Below, piece by piece: positions 1 through 13,017 of a stretch of 64,000 nt of DNA. Source of the DNA: the human T2T-CHM13v2.0 reference genome, Homo sapiens; assembly GCF_009914755.1 (NCBI RefSeq), contig NC_060947.1. One strand, 5' to 3'. Every line of letters begins with the position of its first letter. Positions within the stretch are counted from its first letter, which is position 1. The position numbers and the translations under genes were made by a program. The notes beneath the pieces are model-generated. The model saw nothing but the letters and a program-made list of their open reading frames with translations. It searched no databases and was not told the DNA's origin.

Positions 1-540
1 TCTTACTTGGCATGTGGTCTAAATTAGCCAATTTGTATGAGAAGTAATAACTCAGCACACTTCTCTACATATTTGTCTCTGGGGAAAATTCAGTGGAGCT
101 CCCGGGCATACTACACTTTCAAGGTTTCTTCCATTATATTATACTCAAAGACAGTTCCACAACAGCCAGAGTATGGAGAGCCTTCAGGTTTCCTTGCACC
201 ACCTTCTTAGATCCTCTGTGGTAGCAAAATAAATATTACACTAGGGAAGTACTGCATAAAGACCTGGAGTACATGCAGTGTTGGGAGCCAATCTATTATA
301 GCCTTGTTTTACTCAATGGATTTACCCAGCAGCCCAACAGGGCTTCTGCCTCTTCCCAGAAAAAAAAAAAAAAGTTGACAGCTATACAAATATGGTACTT
401 GTGTAAACTATTAAAGCTCGTGGATTGATACCAACACCTATTATTATGGCTACTTCAAGCCTTCAAATCAAGAGGAAAGACTACGGAGGAAGCAAGCCTT
501 AAGAGAAGAGAAGGAATTTGTAGAGGATGACTCTACACAT

Positions 541-700
541 TTGGGGAAGTGGGGTGGGTAGAGAGGAGGGACACAAGGGGGTAGGGAGGGTGGGTAGAGA
601 AAGGAGAAAGAAGGTGGTAGGGAGTGGGTAGGGAGAGAATAGGGGTAGGGAGTGGGGAGTCCCGCGAGGCAGAGTGGAGAAAGGGGGAAAGAAGGGAGAG
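541..700 (+). repeat. Purine/G-rich low-complexity tract with G-quadruplex motifs
   Basis: Almost pure G/A/T. GGGGGTAGGGAGGGTGGG at 577-594, plus further GGG runs at 620-657. Confidence 0.75.
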
Positions 701-754
701 CAGCAACGACTGGGTTTAGTAGGGCACATTAAAAGGCTATTGTAGTTGTTCACC

Positions 755-1740
755 AAAAGATACTATCAACGGAGTGAAAAGACAGTGTGTGAAATGGAGA
801 AAATATTTGCAAATTATATATTAATAGGTTAATATCAAGAATATATGGAGAACTCTTGTAACCAAACAAAATACAATTCATTTCAAAAATAGGCAGAGAA
901 CTCGAATAGACATTTCTTTAATGGAGATATACAAATGGCCAATAAGCACATGAAAAGCTGTCCAACATCTCTCATTTTCAGGAAAATACAAGTCAAAACC
1001 ACAATAAGGCACCACTTCATACCCATTAGAACGGCTACCATAAGAAAAACAGAACATAACAAGTATTAGTGAAGATTGAAGAGAATAGAACCCTTATGCG
1101 CTGCTGGTGGGAATGTAAAACTGTGCAACTGCTGTGTAAAACAGTATGATAGTTCCTCAAAAAATTGAATATAGAATTACTATAGGATCCAGCAATTCTA
1201 CTTTTGGGTATAGCCCCAAAAGAAATGAAAACACGAACTTGAACAAATACGTATGTACCCATGCTCATAGCAGGATTATTCACATTAACCAAAAGGTAGA
1301 AGCAACCCAAATGCCCATCAATAGATAAATGAATAAATAAAATGTGAGATATGCATACAGTGGATTGTTATTAAGACGAGAATTCTGACATGTTACAACA
1401 TAGATGAACTGTGAAGATGTTACGTTAAATGAAATAAGATGGTCACAATGGGATAAATACCCTAAGATTCCACTTATATAAGGCACTTAGAGTAGTCAAA
1501 TTCATGAGAGACAGAAAGTAGAGTGATAGTAGCCAGGGGCTGGGAGAGGGAGGAACGCATAGCTGTTGTTTAATGAGTACAAAATTTCAGTTTTACAAGA
1601 TAAAATAAGTTGTGAAGATAGATTGTGGTGATGGCTGCACAGCAGTAATAGCACTGAACTGTACACTTCAAAATGGTTACAATGGTAAATTTTAAGTTAT
1701 GTATATTTTAACACAATTCAAAAGTAAACATATCAAAAAA
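755..1740 (+). mobile_element. L1MB-type LINE-1 3' fragment (ORF2 end + 3'UTR)
   Basis: GAGAAAATATTTGCAAAT, ATACAAATGGCCAATAAGCACATGAAAAG, AAATTCATGAGAGACAGAAAGTAGA, terminal ATGGTAAATTTTAAGTTATGTATATTTTAACACAAT and an A-rich end. Confidence 0.9.
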
Positions 1741-2632
1741 AGTACAGAAATTCGTCTCAGAGAGTTATGCTAATGAATGAAAGAGGAAATTTTCCAGCAA
1801 TGTCAACAAGCTCAGGAGATGCAGTTTTTAATCCAAAACGAGCCAAGCATTCTTGTATTTTAAAAATTCATGTTTGATTCTTCTTCTGTAACTAGTCCTA
1901 ACAACTTGTCCTATAAAGTTATAGTTATGTTAAATTACATTTTAATAAATAAAAGGTTATTGTAGTAGTACAAAGCATGAAATGGAAAAAAAATAGGACT
2001 TAACATATCTTGAAGGGAAAATCTGCAGAGCCTGATGAATTAAGTAGTAATTCCACGGACCTATGGTGAAAGAACCTATATATTTGTAAGCATTTGTAGG
2101 TGTGTTTAGGTGGTGTTTGAAGGTTAGATTATTTTCAAGAAATTATATAGAAACAACCACCATCATCTCATGAGAAATTCCTGTTTCTGGTTCTCCCTCA
2201 GAAAGACCAGATCATGCTCTGTTTAGTAGGCGTGATATTTAGGAATACCTATTATGCTAACCCAGATGGTGATTTTACCTTGAGCACATATCTTTTGAGT
2301 ACTTCAGACAGAATTATATTAACAAGTCTAATTGACCAAATGTAAAATTCAGCATTCTCACAGTGGCTGGTAAGAGAAGCAGATGAATCCTAATTTTCCT
2401 CTCCTGGCAGTGCCAAGTACTACCCTTCTGAATGTGGTCACCACACTTAAGATGCTAAAAATGAGGAAAAGGCTTCCACCCCAGTGCCTCAATTCTGCTC
2501 CCTGCCTACCAGAAAACACCTAGGTGCAGATCATGCAGGCTGACATTAGCAGTATTTCTTCTCTGCAATTAAAGCAACAGCATACGTACAAAACTCTACC
2601 CTATGTTGTGTTATGAAGGGATCCTCACTCTA

Positions 2633-2634
2633 TG

Positions 2635-2673
<39 letters not shown>

Positions 2674-2778
2674 ATCCACAAACATATATATATGTGTGTA
2701 TGTGTGTATACACAAAAATATACAGTACAAAGACATAAAAGAAACCAAGATATACACACATAAGCAAATATATATTTT
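2633..2778. repeat. (TA)n(TG)n compound microsatellite with degenerate flank
   Basis: TATATATATAT followed by a (TG)13 run, then degenerate TA/CA repeats. Confidence 0.95.
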
Positions 2779-4244
2779 TGTTACTAGCCATAACCTATTG
2801 CTAGTTCTGTAACTAGCAATAACCTTAAAAATGCCTACTGGGACCACCTTTAACTAAAGAAAGTCTTTCTACCCAGACATCCATCTCCTCCCTCCACACT
2901 CCAATGTAGCTTCCTATAGCAATTCCATAGGATGCTGATGCCCTGAATTGCTGTCCACAGAGATAAGCCCATTTATCAACAGGAGGGGGAGTAATAGGGA
3001 ATTGCTGATGTTGGCCCCAGAGTAAAAATGTTCTAAACACCTGAGCTCCCTATACACACACATGTTGCAAGAAAGGAGCCATTATGGGACTAGGTAAGAG
3101 CTTCAGAATTTAAAGGGATGCCCACAGAATTATCATTTGGGTGGAAGATTTCTGTTGTTTATCTAGAGACCCAAGAGTAAGGGAAGGAGCCAACTGAATG
3201 TGTGCTCACTCTTTCCCACTCTTAGGAAGCATATTTTCAGGAAAACGCAGTAGGACATAGGGCCTGGATATGCCAAACTATGCAAAAAATCAACAAGAAT
3301 TGGAATGTTAATGAAAGAATCATCTCCTGCAACTATAAAAAGAAGCTCCTATGTTTGGGAAATACCGATGCTTTTATTTATCAGTTTTATGTCTTCTGTA
3401 AGACTGTTTTTCCTACTGCTATTTATAGGTCAATTTATAAATCATAAAATGTACTACATCCCACATGCAATGTTTTAATATCAGTAGTAACTCTCATAAT
3501 TCCTTCATAATTTTCACTAAAAATGAAGACTTTTTTTTCCACTATATTCCTATATTACATGGCCCGGGGCTTTCAGTTTACTGGGTGTTAAATCCCAAGA
3601 GATCAGATTCATGTCTCAGACTGCCACTTTGTAATGTCAAATGATACGCTGAGAGAATCATTCACTTGAACTTGTTCTTATCACCGCTGACAAAAGGTGA
3701 AGGGGAAAACATGTACATAGATATGATTTTGTTGGCAGCAATTAATATTACTGTAAATCCCATAGTCATGGTTAGAAATGGAATAAATAGAAGTGTAATT
3801 ATTTAATACTCTGGAATCCATTTATCCTTTGGAAATGTATTAAATTTTTGAATAAGAGCAGTATGGTTGGATTCCAAATCTATTTGTTCCTAAAAGCATC
3901 CTTCTCAGGATTAAAAAGAGCCAACACCTTTAGTGTCAAGTGTAAGGTCACATCTTACAGGAAACCATTCTCTCTGAGTTCCCCTTACAAGACTGATGTT
4001 GAATTAGCAGTGTGTTCTATATCTGTGTAGCATAGAACAATCAGCTATCTGGGTCATGGGCTATAGGATCTCAGTACCTGGGGACTTGACTGAAGCGGAG
4101 CAGCAGCGGAAGCACATGTTGCTCCTACATCCAACCAGTCCAGCTCGGCATTTGGGTCCCAGTCTGATTTTTATTGGGATGGGTACACTTTATAAAGTAA
4201 ACAGTGAAGCCTCAATAGGAGAGGTCAATTAAGGGATTCTATCA

Positions 4245-4425
4245 GTAGATCGCCACCTGACTGCTCATAAGGGTCACCAGGGGTAGAGGGTGGGCTGAAA
4301 AACGCCAATTCCTGTGGTCTCACCCAGACCAATTAAATTAGAATATCTGGGGTGGTTTCCAGGAAATCAGTATGTTTCAAACGTTCCCTTTGTGATTTTA
4401 ATGTGCAGCCTGGGTGGAGAACCAC
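4245..4425. mobile_element. MER5B-like hAT-Charlie MITE
   Basis: CCCAGACCAATTAAATTAGAATATCTGGGG...GTGATTTTAATGTGCAGCCTGGGTGGAGAACCAC resembles the MER5B end. Confidence 0.75.
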
Positions 4426-5025
4426 CTTTTTAGATGTTTCTCAAGCCTTATTATGGGGAATAGAGGATACACCTATAACCTAATTCTTAAAAGGTTGTCT
4501 GGGGAAGCCAGCATTTAAAGGTGCTTAGTCCAGGACATACAAAATAAATCGGTTTTCATCAAGGACTTTTTTTTTTTTTTTTTTAAGCAAGCCATGCTTC
4601 CAACTAAAGGCAGCTGCTTTTAAATTCTTAGGGCTGACTTGCCTTTGACTTCTGTAAATTGGCCTACTTCTTCCTTATATAACTGTCTATAGAATTTTTA
4701 TAACCATATACCCTAAAAGAAGATGGATTTCTCTTCCACACTCTTCACCCAGCAGCTAATTTATTAACACGAGTTTGGTATCTACCTCAAATTTCATGAT
4801 TTATCAGTTTTCCACAAATGGTGTTCTGAGTTCCCAAATGTAAATAAATACATATACAGTCATTAATTAATTAGCAAAGAACTATAAAACAAAACAAAAA
4901 CCAAAGTAAATGTCAGTGATAGAAACTTTCCCCTAATTTCCCATCCCATCTCTCCTGCTGAATTAGTCTGGCCCTTTGTCCCAAAGCTATTTCCTGGCTC
5001 CTGAACCAAGTTCTTGCAAAAGGAC

Positions 5026-5364
5026 GGTACTAGTCCATTTTCACACTGCTATAAATAATATCTGAGACTGGGTAACGTATAAATGAAGGAGGTTTAATTG
5101 ACTCACAGTTCCACATGGCTGGGGAAGCCTCAGGAGTCTTACAATCATGGCAGAAGGGGAAGCAAGAACCTTCTACACAACAAGACAGGAAAGAGTGTGA
5201 GCATGTGAAGGAGCAATTCTCACTTATAAAACCATTAGGTCTCCTGAGAACTCACTCACTATTACGAGAACTGCCCCCGTGATCCAATCACCTCCCTCCC
5301 TTGAAACGTGGGGATTACAGTTAGGGATGAGATTTGGGTCCCCACACAGAGCCAAACCATACCG
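5026..5364 (-). mobile_element. THE1C/D solo LTR (MaLR)
   Basis: GGTTTAATTGACTCACAGTTCCACATGGCTGGGGAAGCCTCAGGA...CACAGAGCCAAACCAT. Exact 5-bp TSD AGGAC at 5021-5025 and 5365-5369. Confidence 0.93.
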
Positions 5365-5739
5365 AGGACACTCTGACTTTGGCAGTGATAACTTTGTTAC
5401 ATGGACAAAACAGCATGTGCTGATGTAAAGCCTTCTAGCACTGTGGTTTCTTCTGACAAATTAACACTAAGCCAACTCAATGTGTTCTTAGAAATGTCAG
5501 TGTATAAGAAAAGATGCATGTTGAAGCCTCATCCATTGGCTGAGGGAGTGGAGAGTAACAAGAAACAGATTTTACTGGTAGAGACCCTTAAGTTGAATTT
5601 TAAAAGGTAAGGGATCCGGTGAAGCCAAATGGGAGTGTAGTTTCAGGCAGGTGTGAAGGGGATGTTTATTTTATGCCACTGGAATCAAGGCAGAGATAAT
5701 AAATAAGGTGGCATGCTCAGACTAGAAATGGCTAGAAAA

Positions 5740-6070
5740 CAATTCGCAAGGGAGGTGGAGAAGGCATGGTGAGAGAAAAGCCTGGAGAGTCAGGCAGGAA
5801 ACAGAGATGAGTGCAAAGGAGACAAGATGAGAAGCATGAAGACCACTCAGGAAGCTACTGTAAGATCCAGGCAGAAGTTGATAAGGGCTGAACCTAGGGT
5901 GGTGGCATTGAAAACAGAGAGGGGCTAATGGTTTAGTCATATCAAGTACATGGAATGGAGGTGACTTAGTGATGGGCAGAATGTCTTCAAGTCCCTAGTA
6001 TGTCTTCCAGATTTCTGGCTAGGGACGTGGCTAAAGGGAAAGAGCCACTCACCATGTTTCCCACTTTCAG
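5740..6070 (-). mobile_element. L2 LINE fragment
   Basis: AGGAAGCTACTGTAAGATCCAGGCAGAAGTTGATAAGGGCTGAACCTAGGGTGGTGGCA is typical antisense L2. Confidence 0.7.
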
Positions 6071-6099
6071 CAATGGGGACCTGGCCAAGGTGATCAGTT

Positions 6100-6203
6100 T
6101 AGGGTATGTTTGTCAGGTAAAATAAGGATCCTCCAGTTAAATTTAAATTTCAGATAACCAACAAATACATTTTTAGCATACAATACGTGAGATATGTGCT
6201 AAA
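6100..6203. mobile_element. MER53 half element (hAT MITE)
   Basis: CCAGTTAAATTTAAATTTCAGATAACCAACAAATACATTTTTAGCATA matches one arm of the MER53 palindrome. Confidence 0.7.
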
Positions 6204-6932
6204 GGAAGGTCAGAGTTAAGATGGCCTATAGTTAATGAGATAGCAGAGGTGATGGAAAGGCAGGACTAGCCTTGAGTTGAGAAGTTATTTTTTCATAGGC
6301 ACTAGAAACAGCAAAGAGTCAACAAAAGATCTTGCTGTTGAGCACTTACAGTGATAACTTTGCTTACTCTTACTGTACCATATATATGTTAAGTTTTTCC
6401 ATTTCAATCTGATAATGGGCAATTGACTTCATGTTGCCATAGTGAAATATTCAACTTGGGCTTAAGAAACAGTACTGTGGAAGTCAGGAAAAAATAGAAT
6501 CTTACTGACAGCACATTTAGGTAGCAATTTGTTTTTCAAGATATTCTGGTCATATTTAGACCTAGAAAATCATTATTTCCTTAAAATGTACTCAACTGGT
6601 TTGATGTTCCTTACTATAAATTTAGTTCTGGAAACGTTAATGCCCATGCTTCATTCTTTCTCCTTCTCATTAAAGTGAGATTTTTCTTCTTAGCAAATCT
6701 GACTTAAGTATGCACTTGGGAAATCAATTTTTATAGTGGCAGGAGGAAGTGGCTAAGCTGACAAGAAAGACTCTTTTCCTCACAATGTGTTATCTTCTAG
6801 AAAAATACTACCTAGTTATTGTTTACTAAAATATATCTAAGTGAAAATAGACACTTTCTTTCATTTCTCTAGAACAATGATAGCAGAGTAGATAGTATGA
6901 TACATTTTGTATCAAGTTAAAACATAAATGTC

Positions 6933-7218
6933 GGCCGGGCGCGGTGGATCACGCCTGTAATCCCAGCACTTTGGGAGGCCAAGGCGGGTGGATCACGAGG
7001 TCAGGAGATCAAGACCATCCTGGCTAACACGGTGAAACCCCGTCTATACTAAAAATACAAAAATTAGCTGGGCACGGTGGTGGGCACCTGTAGTCCCAGC
7101 TACTCGGGAGGCTGAGGCAGGAGAATGGCGTGAACCCAGGAGGCGGAGCTTGCAGTGAGCGGAGATGGTGGCCACTGCACTTCAGCCTGGGCTACAGAGC
7201 AAGACTCCGTCTCAACAA

Positions 7219-7261
<43 letters not shown>

Positions 7262-7263
7262 AT
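6933..7263 (+). mobile_element. AluY with (AAAT)n tail
   Basis: GGCCGGGCGCGGTGG start. Y diagnostics GATCACGAGGTCAGGAGATC, ATCCTGGCTAACACGG, GAATGGCGTGAACCC, GAGCTTGCAG. Tail 7214-7263. Confidence 0.97.
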
Positions 7264-7339
7264 GTAAAGGAGAATGGGAGAAACAACCTACGGAAAACTA
7301 CTGATTGAAATCTGTAAGGCCGATAGAAGCCACATGTTG

Positions 7340-7720
7340 TAGGAATGATCTTCAGGATCGAGAGATTTCTGTAGGCTGGGCTGCCAAGTGGAGGCATACA
7401 GAAGTGGGATCCTGGAGCTGAATCTTAGAGAATGGGTAAGATTTAGGTATATCATATAGAGTGCAAGATGGACATTCTGAGAGGAAAAGCAGCTTGAGCA
7501 AATGTAAGATATGTTTGGATTACTAACTTTCCTGAATCAGGGAAATTGTGTAGGGGAATCAGAGGGATCAGTTTGGATAGAAATGTGATAATAAAAGGTC
7601 TTGAAAGTTATCAGAGGGGTTTTGGCAAGAAGAAATAATCCTAACCACTATTTTTCTAAGATTATTCTGACAGTGATATGGATGATGAATTAGAAGAAAG
7701 AGATAAGGAAACCAGCTGGA
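7340..7720 (-). mobile_element. L2 LINE fragment
   Basis: GAGCTGAATCTTAGAGAATGGGTAAGATTT...GGACATTCTGAGAGGAAAAGCAGCTTGAGCAAA. Confidence 0.65.
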
Positions 7721-7825
7721 TGAAGCACCTGGTATCGCTCAATTATGCTAGACAGAAGGGAGTCCTCTGATCTGCATTCTTGAAACGTTACTTGACTATC
7801 ATTGCATGCTGCTCTATCTATAGGG

Positions 7826-8058
7826 CAGGGGTCAGCAAACAGTATCTGTAAAAGGCCAGAGAGCAAATAGTTTAAGCTTTACAAGCCATAAGGCCATCTC
7901 TGCATCTTCTATGCAACCCTGCCTCCAACTGGAGCAAGAAAGCAACCATAGACAATAGTGGGAAGAAATGGGTGTTTGATCTTCCAACACAATTTTATTT
8001 ACAAAACTAGGCAGTGTGGTGGATTTGGCCTGTGGGCTGTAGTTTGCCTTGTTCGGCT
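7826..8058. mobile_element. MER58A hAT-Charlie MITE
   Basis: CAGGGGTCAGCAAAC...AAAGGCCAGAGAGCAAATAGTTTAAGCTTT...GGATTTGGCCTGTGGGCTGTAGTTTGCC. Confidence 0.88.
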
Positions 8059-9027
8059 CTAGGGTATTGGGTAACTCCAGATTTATGAAGCTCTTGGACA
8101 ACTTGAATGGAAAGTACATCTCTGTAATTTTAGTTGTCTATTTTCCTTGTTACTCAGTCAGGTAAACTCCTTATTCTATAAACAACATATATGGGAAGGG
8201 AAAATTCTTTCTTAGATTTGTCTCACCTGGAGTGTAATTATTGCCACTATTTTTACTAATATAGTGTTATCTAATCATGTGTCTCATTGTTTTTATAAAT
8301 CATATCCCTGTGACTGAGACAATAAATGGATAAATGACCCTTGTAGAATGTGAGTAGAGGTGGGACAACTTAGCATGTGGAATAAAAATTATCCAAATGT
8401 GTCTTGAAATGTTAGGGTAATACAAATATAGGACCACATGTATTGTTGCGATATCAGGCAAATTTCTGGATATCTGTCAAATGCATGGATATTTTGGTTA
8501 AGGGTCAGTTGATTCCTTTCAGCAACTCCTAGCTCCCACCCCTAAAAGTAAGTGGAGTATGCAGAGGTGGGTTAGCAGAGCTAAGGATTAGGTATAGGAG
8601 AATGAAAAAGAGAGAGAAAAAGGAAGAAAGTTAAAAGAGATAAATAGGTAAAGAAACTAGTGGTAGAGAGGAGGGCTCCAGTTTCTGGTTTGCACAAAGT
8701 TGTAAGTAGATCCATGTGTTTATAAGGAAGGCTAATAAAAGAAAGTTTGCAGAGAGGCTGATTGGAATTCTATGATTCGAGGACATTTCTTTCATTCATC
8801 TCAGTCTAGTAGGCACTTGTCCCAGGTTTTGTGCTAGGCTCCAGTTATACAAAAATGGCTGCTGTTACCAAGAGGCATGCAGTCTGGTAAAAGAAGTTAA
8901 TCCAAGCCCCACATAATACCACATTTTCTGAGTATATCAGTACATAACAAATGTTCTAGAAAGATTAATGCCAAACCAAATCTGTAGCAATTGTTACCCC
9001 TTTGAGAATGGCATTGAGGGTGGTGGG

Positions 9028-9042
9028 TATATATATGTATAC

Positions 9043-9079
<37 letters not shown>

Positions 9080-9112
9080 TATACATACACATACATGTAT
9101 AAAATATATATT
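9028..9112. repeat. (TA)n(CA)n microsatellite
   Basis: Direct reading of the dinucleotide runs. Confidence 0.95.
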
Positions 9113-9291
9113 TACGAGGAGAATGTATGTATTACTTATGGAATTAAATAATTGAAAAGGAAGGTGAAAAGAACTACAGGAGGAATATAGACAAATGCAA
9201 GAGGAATTTGACTTTGACTTCAAGGGAAGACAATGAAATCATAGACCAGTGCTACCATAGAAAAGTCACAGAGGACTGGATCAGACAGACT

Positions 9292-9424
9292 GGCACCAAA
9301 CACTCTGACACTTAAGCATGACCCATGAAAATCCAACTTATCTGAGTCTCAGTATCTTCTTCTGTGAAAAGTGAATAAGTGGGATTTTCATGGGTCATGT
9401 TTAAGTGTCAGAGTCTTTGGAGCC
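9292..9424. repeat. Inverted repeat with 50-bp arms (46/50 identical) and a 33-nt loop, within a MIR core
   Basis: 9292-9341 vs reverse complement of 9375-9424. Left arm plus loop follow the MIR core (CTCTGACACTT...TCTGAGTCTCAGTATCTTCTTCTGTGAAAA). Confidence 0.93.
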
Positions 9425-9582
9425 TTTAACATGATCATGATTTCCTATTTTTCTCTTCATTAATAAACATCTAACATGTGAGACCTTAAATTAGGTGCTA
9501 AGGATACAAAGAAAAATCGGATTATCATCCTTGCCCTCAAGGGGCTCTCAGTAGTGTTGAAAGATAATGTAACTGCGGCAAA

Positions 9583-10151
9583 TGAAGGAGTTCAGGAAAT
9601 GCCACCCCAAAATATGCAACTTTGGTATGCTGATTACTTTAGATCGAAGGCACTTGAGGAATATTTAGTTAATGCAGGGAGGGGCTTTCTTTGAACTTCC
9701 TTATCTGCCTAAAAATGGATCTGTATTATCATAAATCATCTCCCTGGTAATTTTATCAACCCTGAAAGGTTCACTCTTTGACACTACCCCCAGACAGACC
9801 ATCACTTTTTCTTCTGAAGGATGCTCCTAGACAACTTTTATTACTTGAGAGATGTTTTCTCTGCATAATAAGACCATCTTTATTTTCCATATGATTCTTC
9901 CTGTTACCCTCTCATAACTTGTATTGCCAGCACCCCTCAGAAGTCTCAAGCACTTATTCTTTTAGGTAGCTCAGGGTGCTAATAAGTGCCAATCTTCTGA
10001 CCCTTCTGGGAGTCCCATATCTTGTGGACTCCATGCATAAATACATAACTAAATATATTTTTCTCATGTTAATCTGTTTCTGGCCAATTTCATTCGTAGC
10101 CCACCTAAAGAACCTAGAAGGGTGGAGGGAAGTCATTTTCACTCCCCTACA
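9583..10151 (+). mobile_element. MER34/MER39-family ERV1 solo LTR
   Basis: TGAAGGAGTTCAGGAAATGCCACCCCAAAATATGC start, TTTTCACTCCCCTACA end. Near-TSD CAAA/CAAG. Confidence 0.85.
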
Positions 10152-10993
10152 CAAGCATAATTATCAGCTATAAGATCCAATAACCAAAATACCACATGAA
10201 AAGTATAAGAAGGATAAATGAAGTGTTATACAAATGCAAAGTTTTTTTTTAATGAGGAGTGACTGTAAGGCTTAATGAAGAAGGGAGCGTTTCAGCTGAA
10301 CCTTAATTGCATACCTTGAGGTTACTGCAGGTTCAATTCTAAACCACAGCAGTAAAGTAAACACAGCAGTAATGTAAAGTGAGTCCCATGAATTTTCTGG
10401 TTTCTCAGTGCATATGAAGATTTTGTTAACATTACACAGTAGTCTGTTAAGTGTGCAATAGTATTATGTCAAAAAATGTGCATATCTTAATTAAAAATAC
10501 TTTCTTGCCAAAAATGCTGATGACCATCTGAGCTCTCAGTGAGTTGTGGTCTTTTCGCTGGTGGAGGGTCTTGCCTCAGTGATGATGGCTGCTGACTGAT
10601 CATGGTGGTGGTTGCTGAAGGTTGCGATGGCTGTGGAAATGTCTTAAAATAAAGTAACAATGAACTTTCCCACATAGATTCTCTCCCTTTTATGACAGAT
10701 TTACCTGTAGTATGCAGTGCTCTTTGATAGCATTATACCCATATAGAAATTTCAAAATTGGAGTAGATCCTCTTAAATCATGTTGCCACTTTATCAACTA
10801 AGTTACTGTAATATTCTAAATCCTTTGTTGTTGGTATAGTTTGGATATATGTCTCCACCCTAATCTCATATTGAGTTGTAATGCCCAGTGTTGGAGGTGG
10901 GGCCTGGTAGAAGGTGACTCAATCAAGGGAGTGAATTTCTCATGAATGGTTTAGCACCGTCCTCTTGGTGCTGTCCTCGCAATAGTGAGTTCT

Positions 10994-11321
<328 letters not shown>

Positions 11322-12974
11322 TGAGATCTGGTTGTTTAAAAGTATGTGGCACCCCCCTCTGCCTTGCTCCTGCTCCCACCATGTGAGATGCCACCTCCGC
11401 AGAAGCAGATGCCTGTGTTACGCTTCCTCCACAGCCTTCAGAACCCTGAGCCAACTAAACCTTTCTTTATAAATTGCCCAGTCTCAGGCATTTCTTTAGA
11501 GCAATGAGGGAATGGACTAATACAGAAAAATTGGTACTGAATAGAGAGGCATTGCTACAAAGAAAATAGAAAATGTGGAACCAGCTTTGGAACTGGGTAA
11601 CAGACAGAGGTTGGAATAGTATGGAGGGTGCGTAAGAAGACAGGAAGATGAGGGAAAGTTTGGAACTTCTTAGAGACTGGCTAAATGCTTGTGACTAAAA
11701 TGTTGATAGTGATATGGACAGTGAACTTCAGGCTGCCAAGGTTTCAGATGGAAATGAACTTATTGGGAACTGGAGTAAAGATCACTTTTGTTATGCCTTA
11801 GCTAAGAACTTGGCTGCATTATGTACATGCCCTGGGGATCTGTGGAAGTATGAATTTCAGAGTGATGACTTAGGGTATCTGGTGGAAGAAATTTCTAAGC
11901 AGAAAGTGCTCAAGAGGTGTTCTGGCTACTTCTAACAGCCTAAATCTGATAAAGGAGCAAAGAAATGACTTGAAGTTCAAGTTTATCGTTAAAAGAGAAG
12001 CAGAGCCTGACAGTTTGGAAAATGTGAAGCCTGGCCACATGGCAGAGAAAAAAAAGCTTTTTTGGGGAGAGGAATCCAAGCAAGCTGCAGAGCAACCATT
12101 TGCTAGAAAGATTTGAGTAACTAAAAAGAAGCCAAGTGCTGATAGCCAAGACAATGGGGAAAATACTTGAAAGGTATTTCAGAAACCGTCACAGTAGCTC
12201 CTCCCATCACAGGCCTAGAAGTCTAGGAAGGAAGAATGGTTTTGTGGGCCAGGCCCAGGGGTGCAGCCTGGAGACACTGCTACCTGCATCCTAGCCACTG
12301 GGGCTCTAGCCTCCACTCAAAGGGGCCCAGGTACACTTCAGGTTGCAGCTCCAGAGGGTGTAAGCCATAAGCCTTGGTGACATCCATGTGGTGTTAAGCC
12401 TGTGGGTGCACAGAGTGCAAGAGTTGAAGCTTGGGAGCATCCACCTAGATTTCAGAGGATGTGTGAAAAAGCCTGGGTGCCCAAGCAGAAACCTGCTGCA
12501 GGCGCAGAGCCCTCACAAAGAACCTCTACTATGGCAGTGCAAAGGGGAAATGTGAGGTTGGAAGCCCCACACAGAGTACCCACTGGGTCACTGCCTAGTG
12601 GAGCTTTGAGAATAGGGCCACCATCCTCTGGACCTCAGAATGGTACAATCACTGGCAGCTTGTACCCTGTACCTGGAAAAGCCACAGGGACTCAATGACA
12701 GCTCATGAAAGTAGTGCAGGGGCTGAACCCTGCAAAGCCACATGGGTGGAGCTGCCCAAGACCTTGGGAGCCCAACCCTCACAGCAGTGTGCCCTGGATG
12801 TTGGACATGGCATCAAAGGAGATTATTTTTGAACTTTACCATTAAATGACTGCCCTGCTGGGTTTTGAACTTGTGTGGGGCCTATAGCGTATTTCTTTTG
12901 GCTGATTTCTTCCTTGTGGAACAGGAATGTTTACCCAATGCCCATAACCCCATTGTATCTTGGAAGTAACTCAC

Positions 12975-13013
<39 letters not shown>

Positions 13014-13017
13014 TTTT
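12975..13017. repeat. (TTTA)n microsatellite inside MSTA-int
   Basis: Direct reading. Confidence 0.9.

Noticed and set aside
499-756. 85-aa Pro/Leu/Ser-rich ORF
   Set aside because: Translation of the pyrimidine-rich strand of a low-complexity tract, with a non-ATG start.
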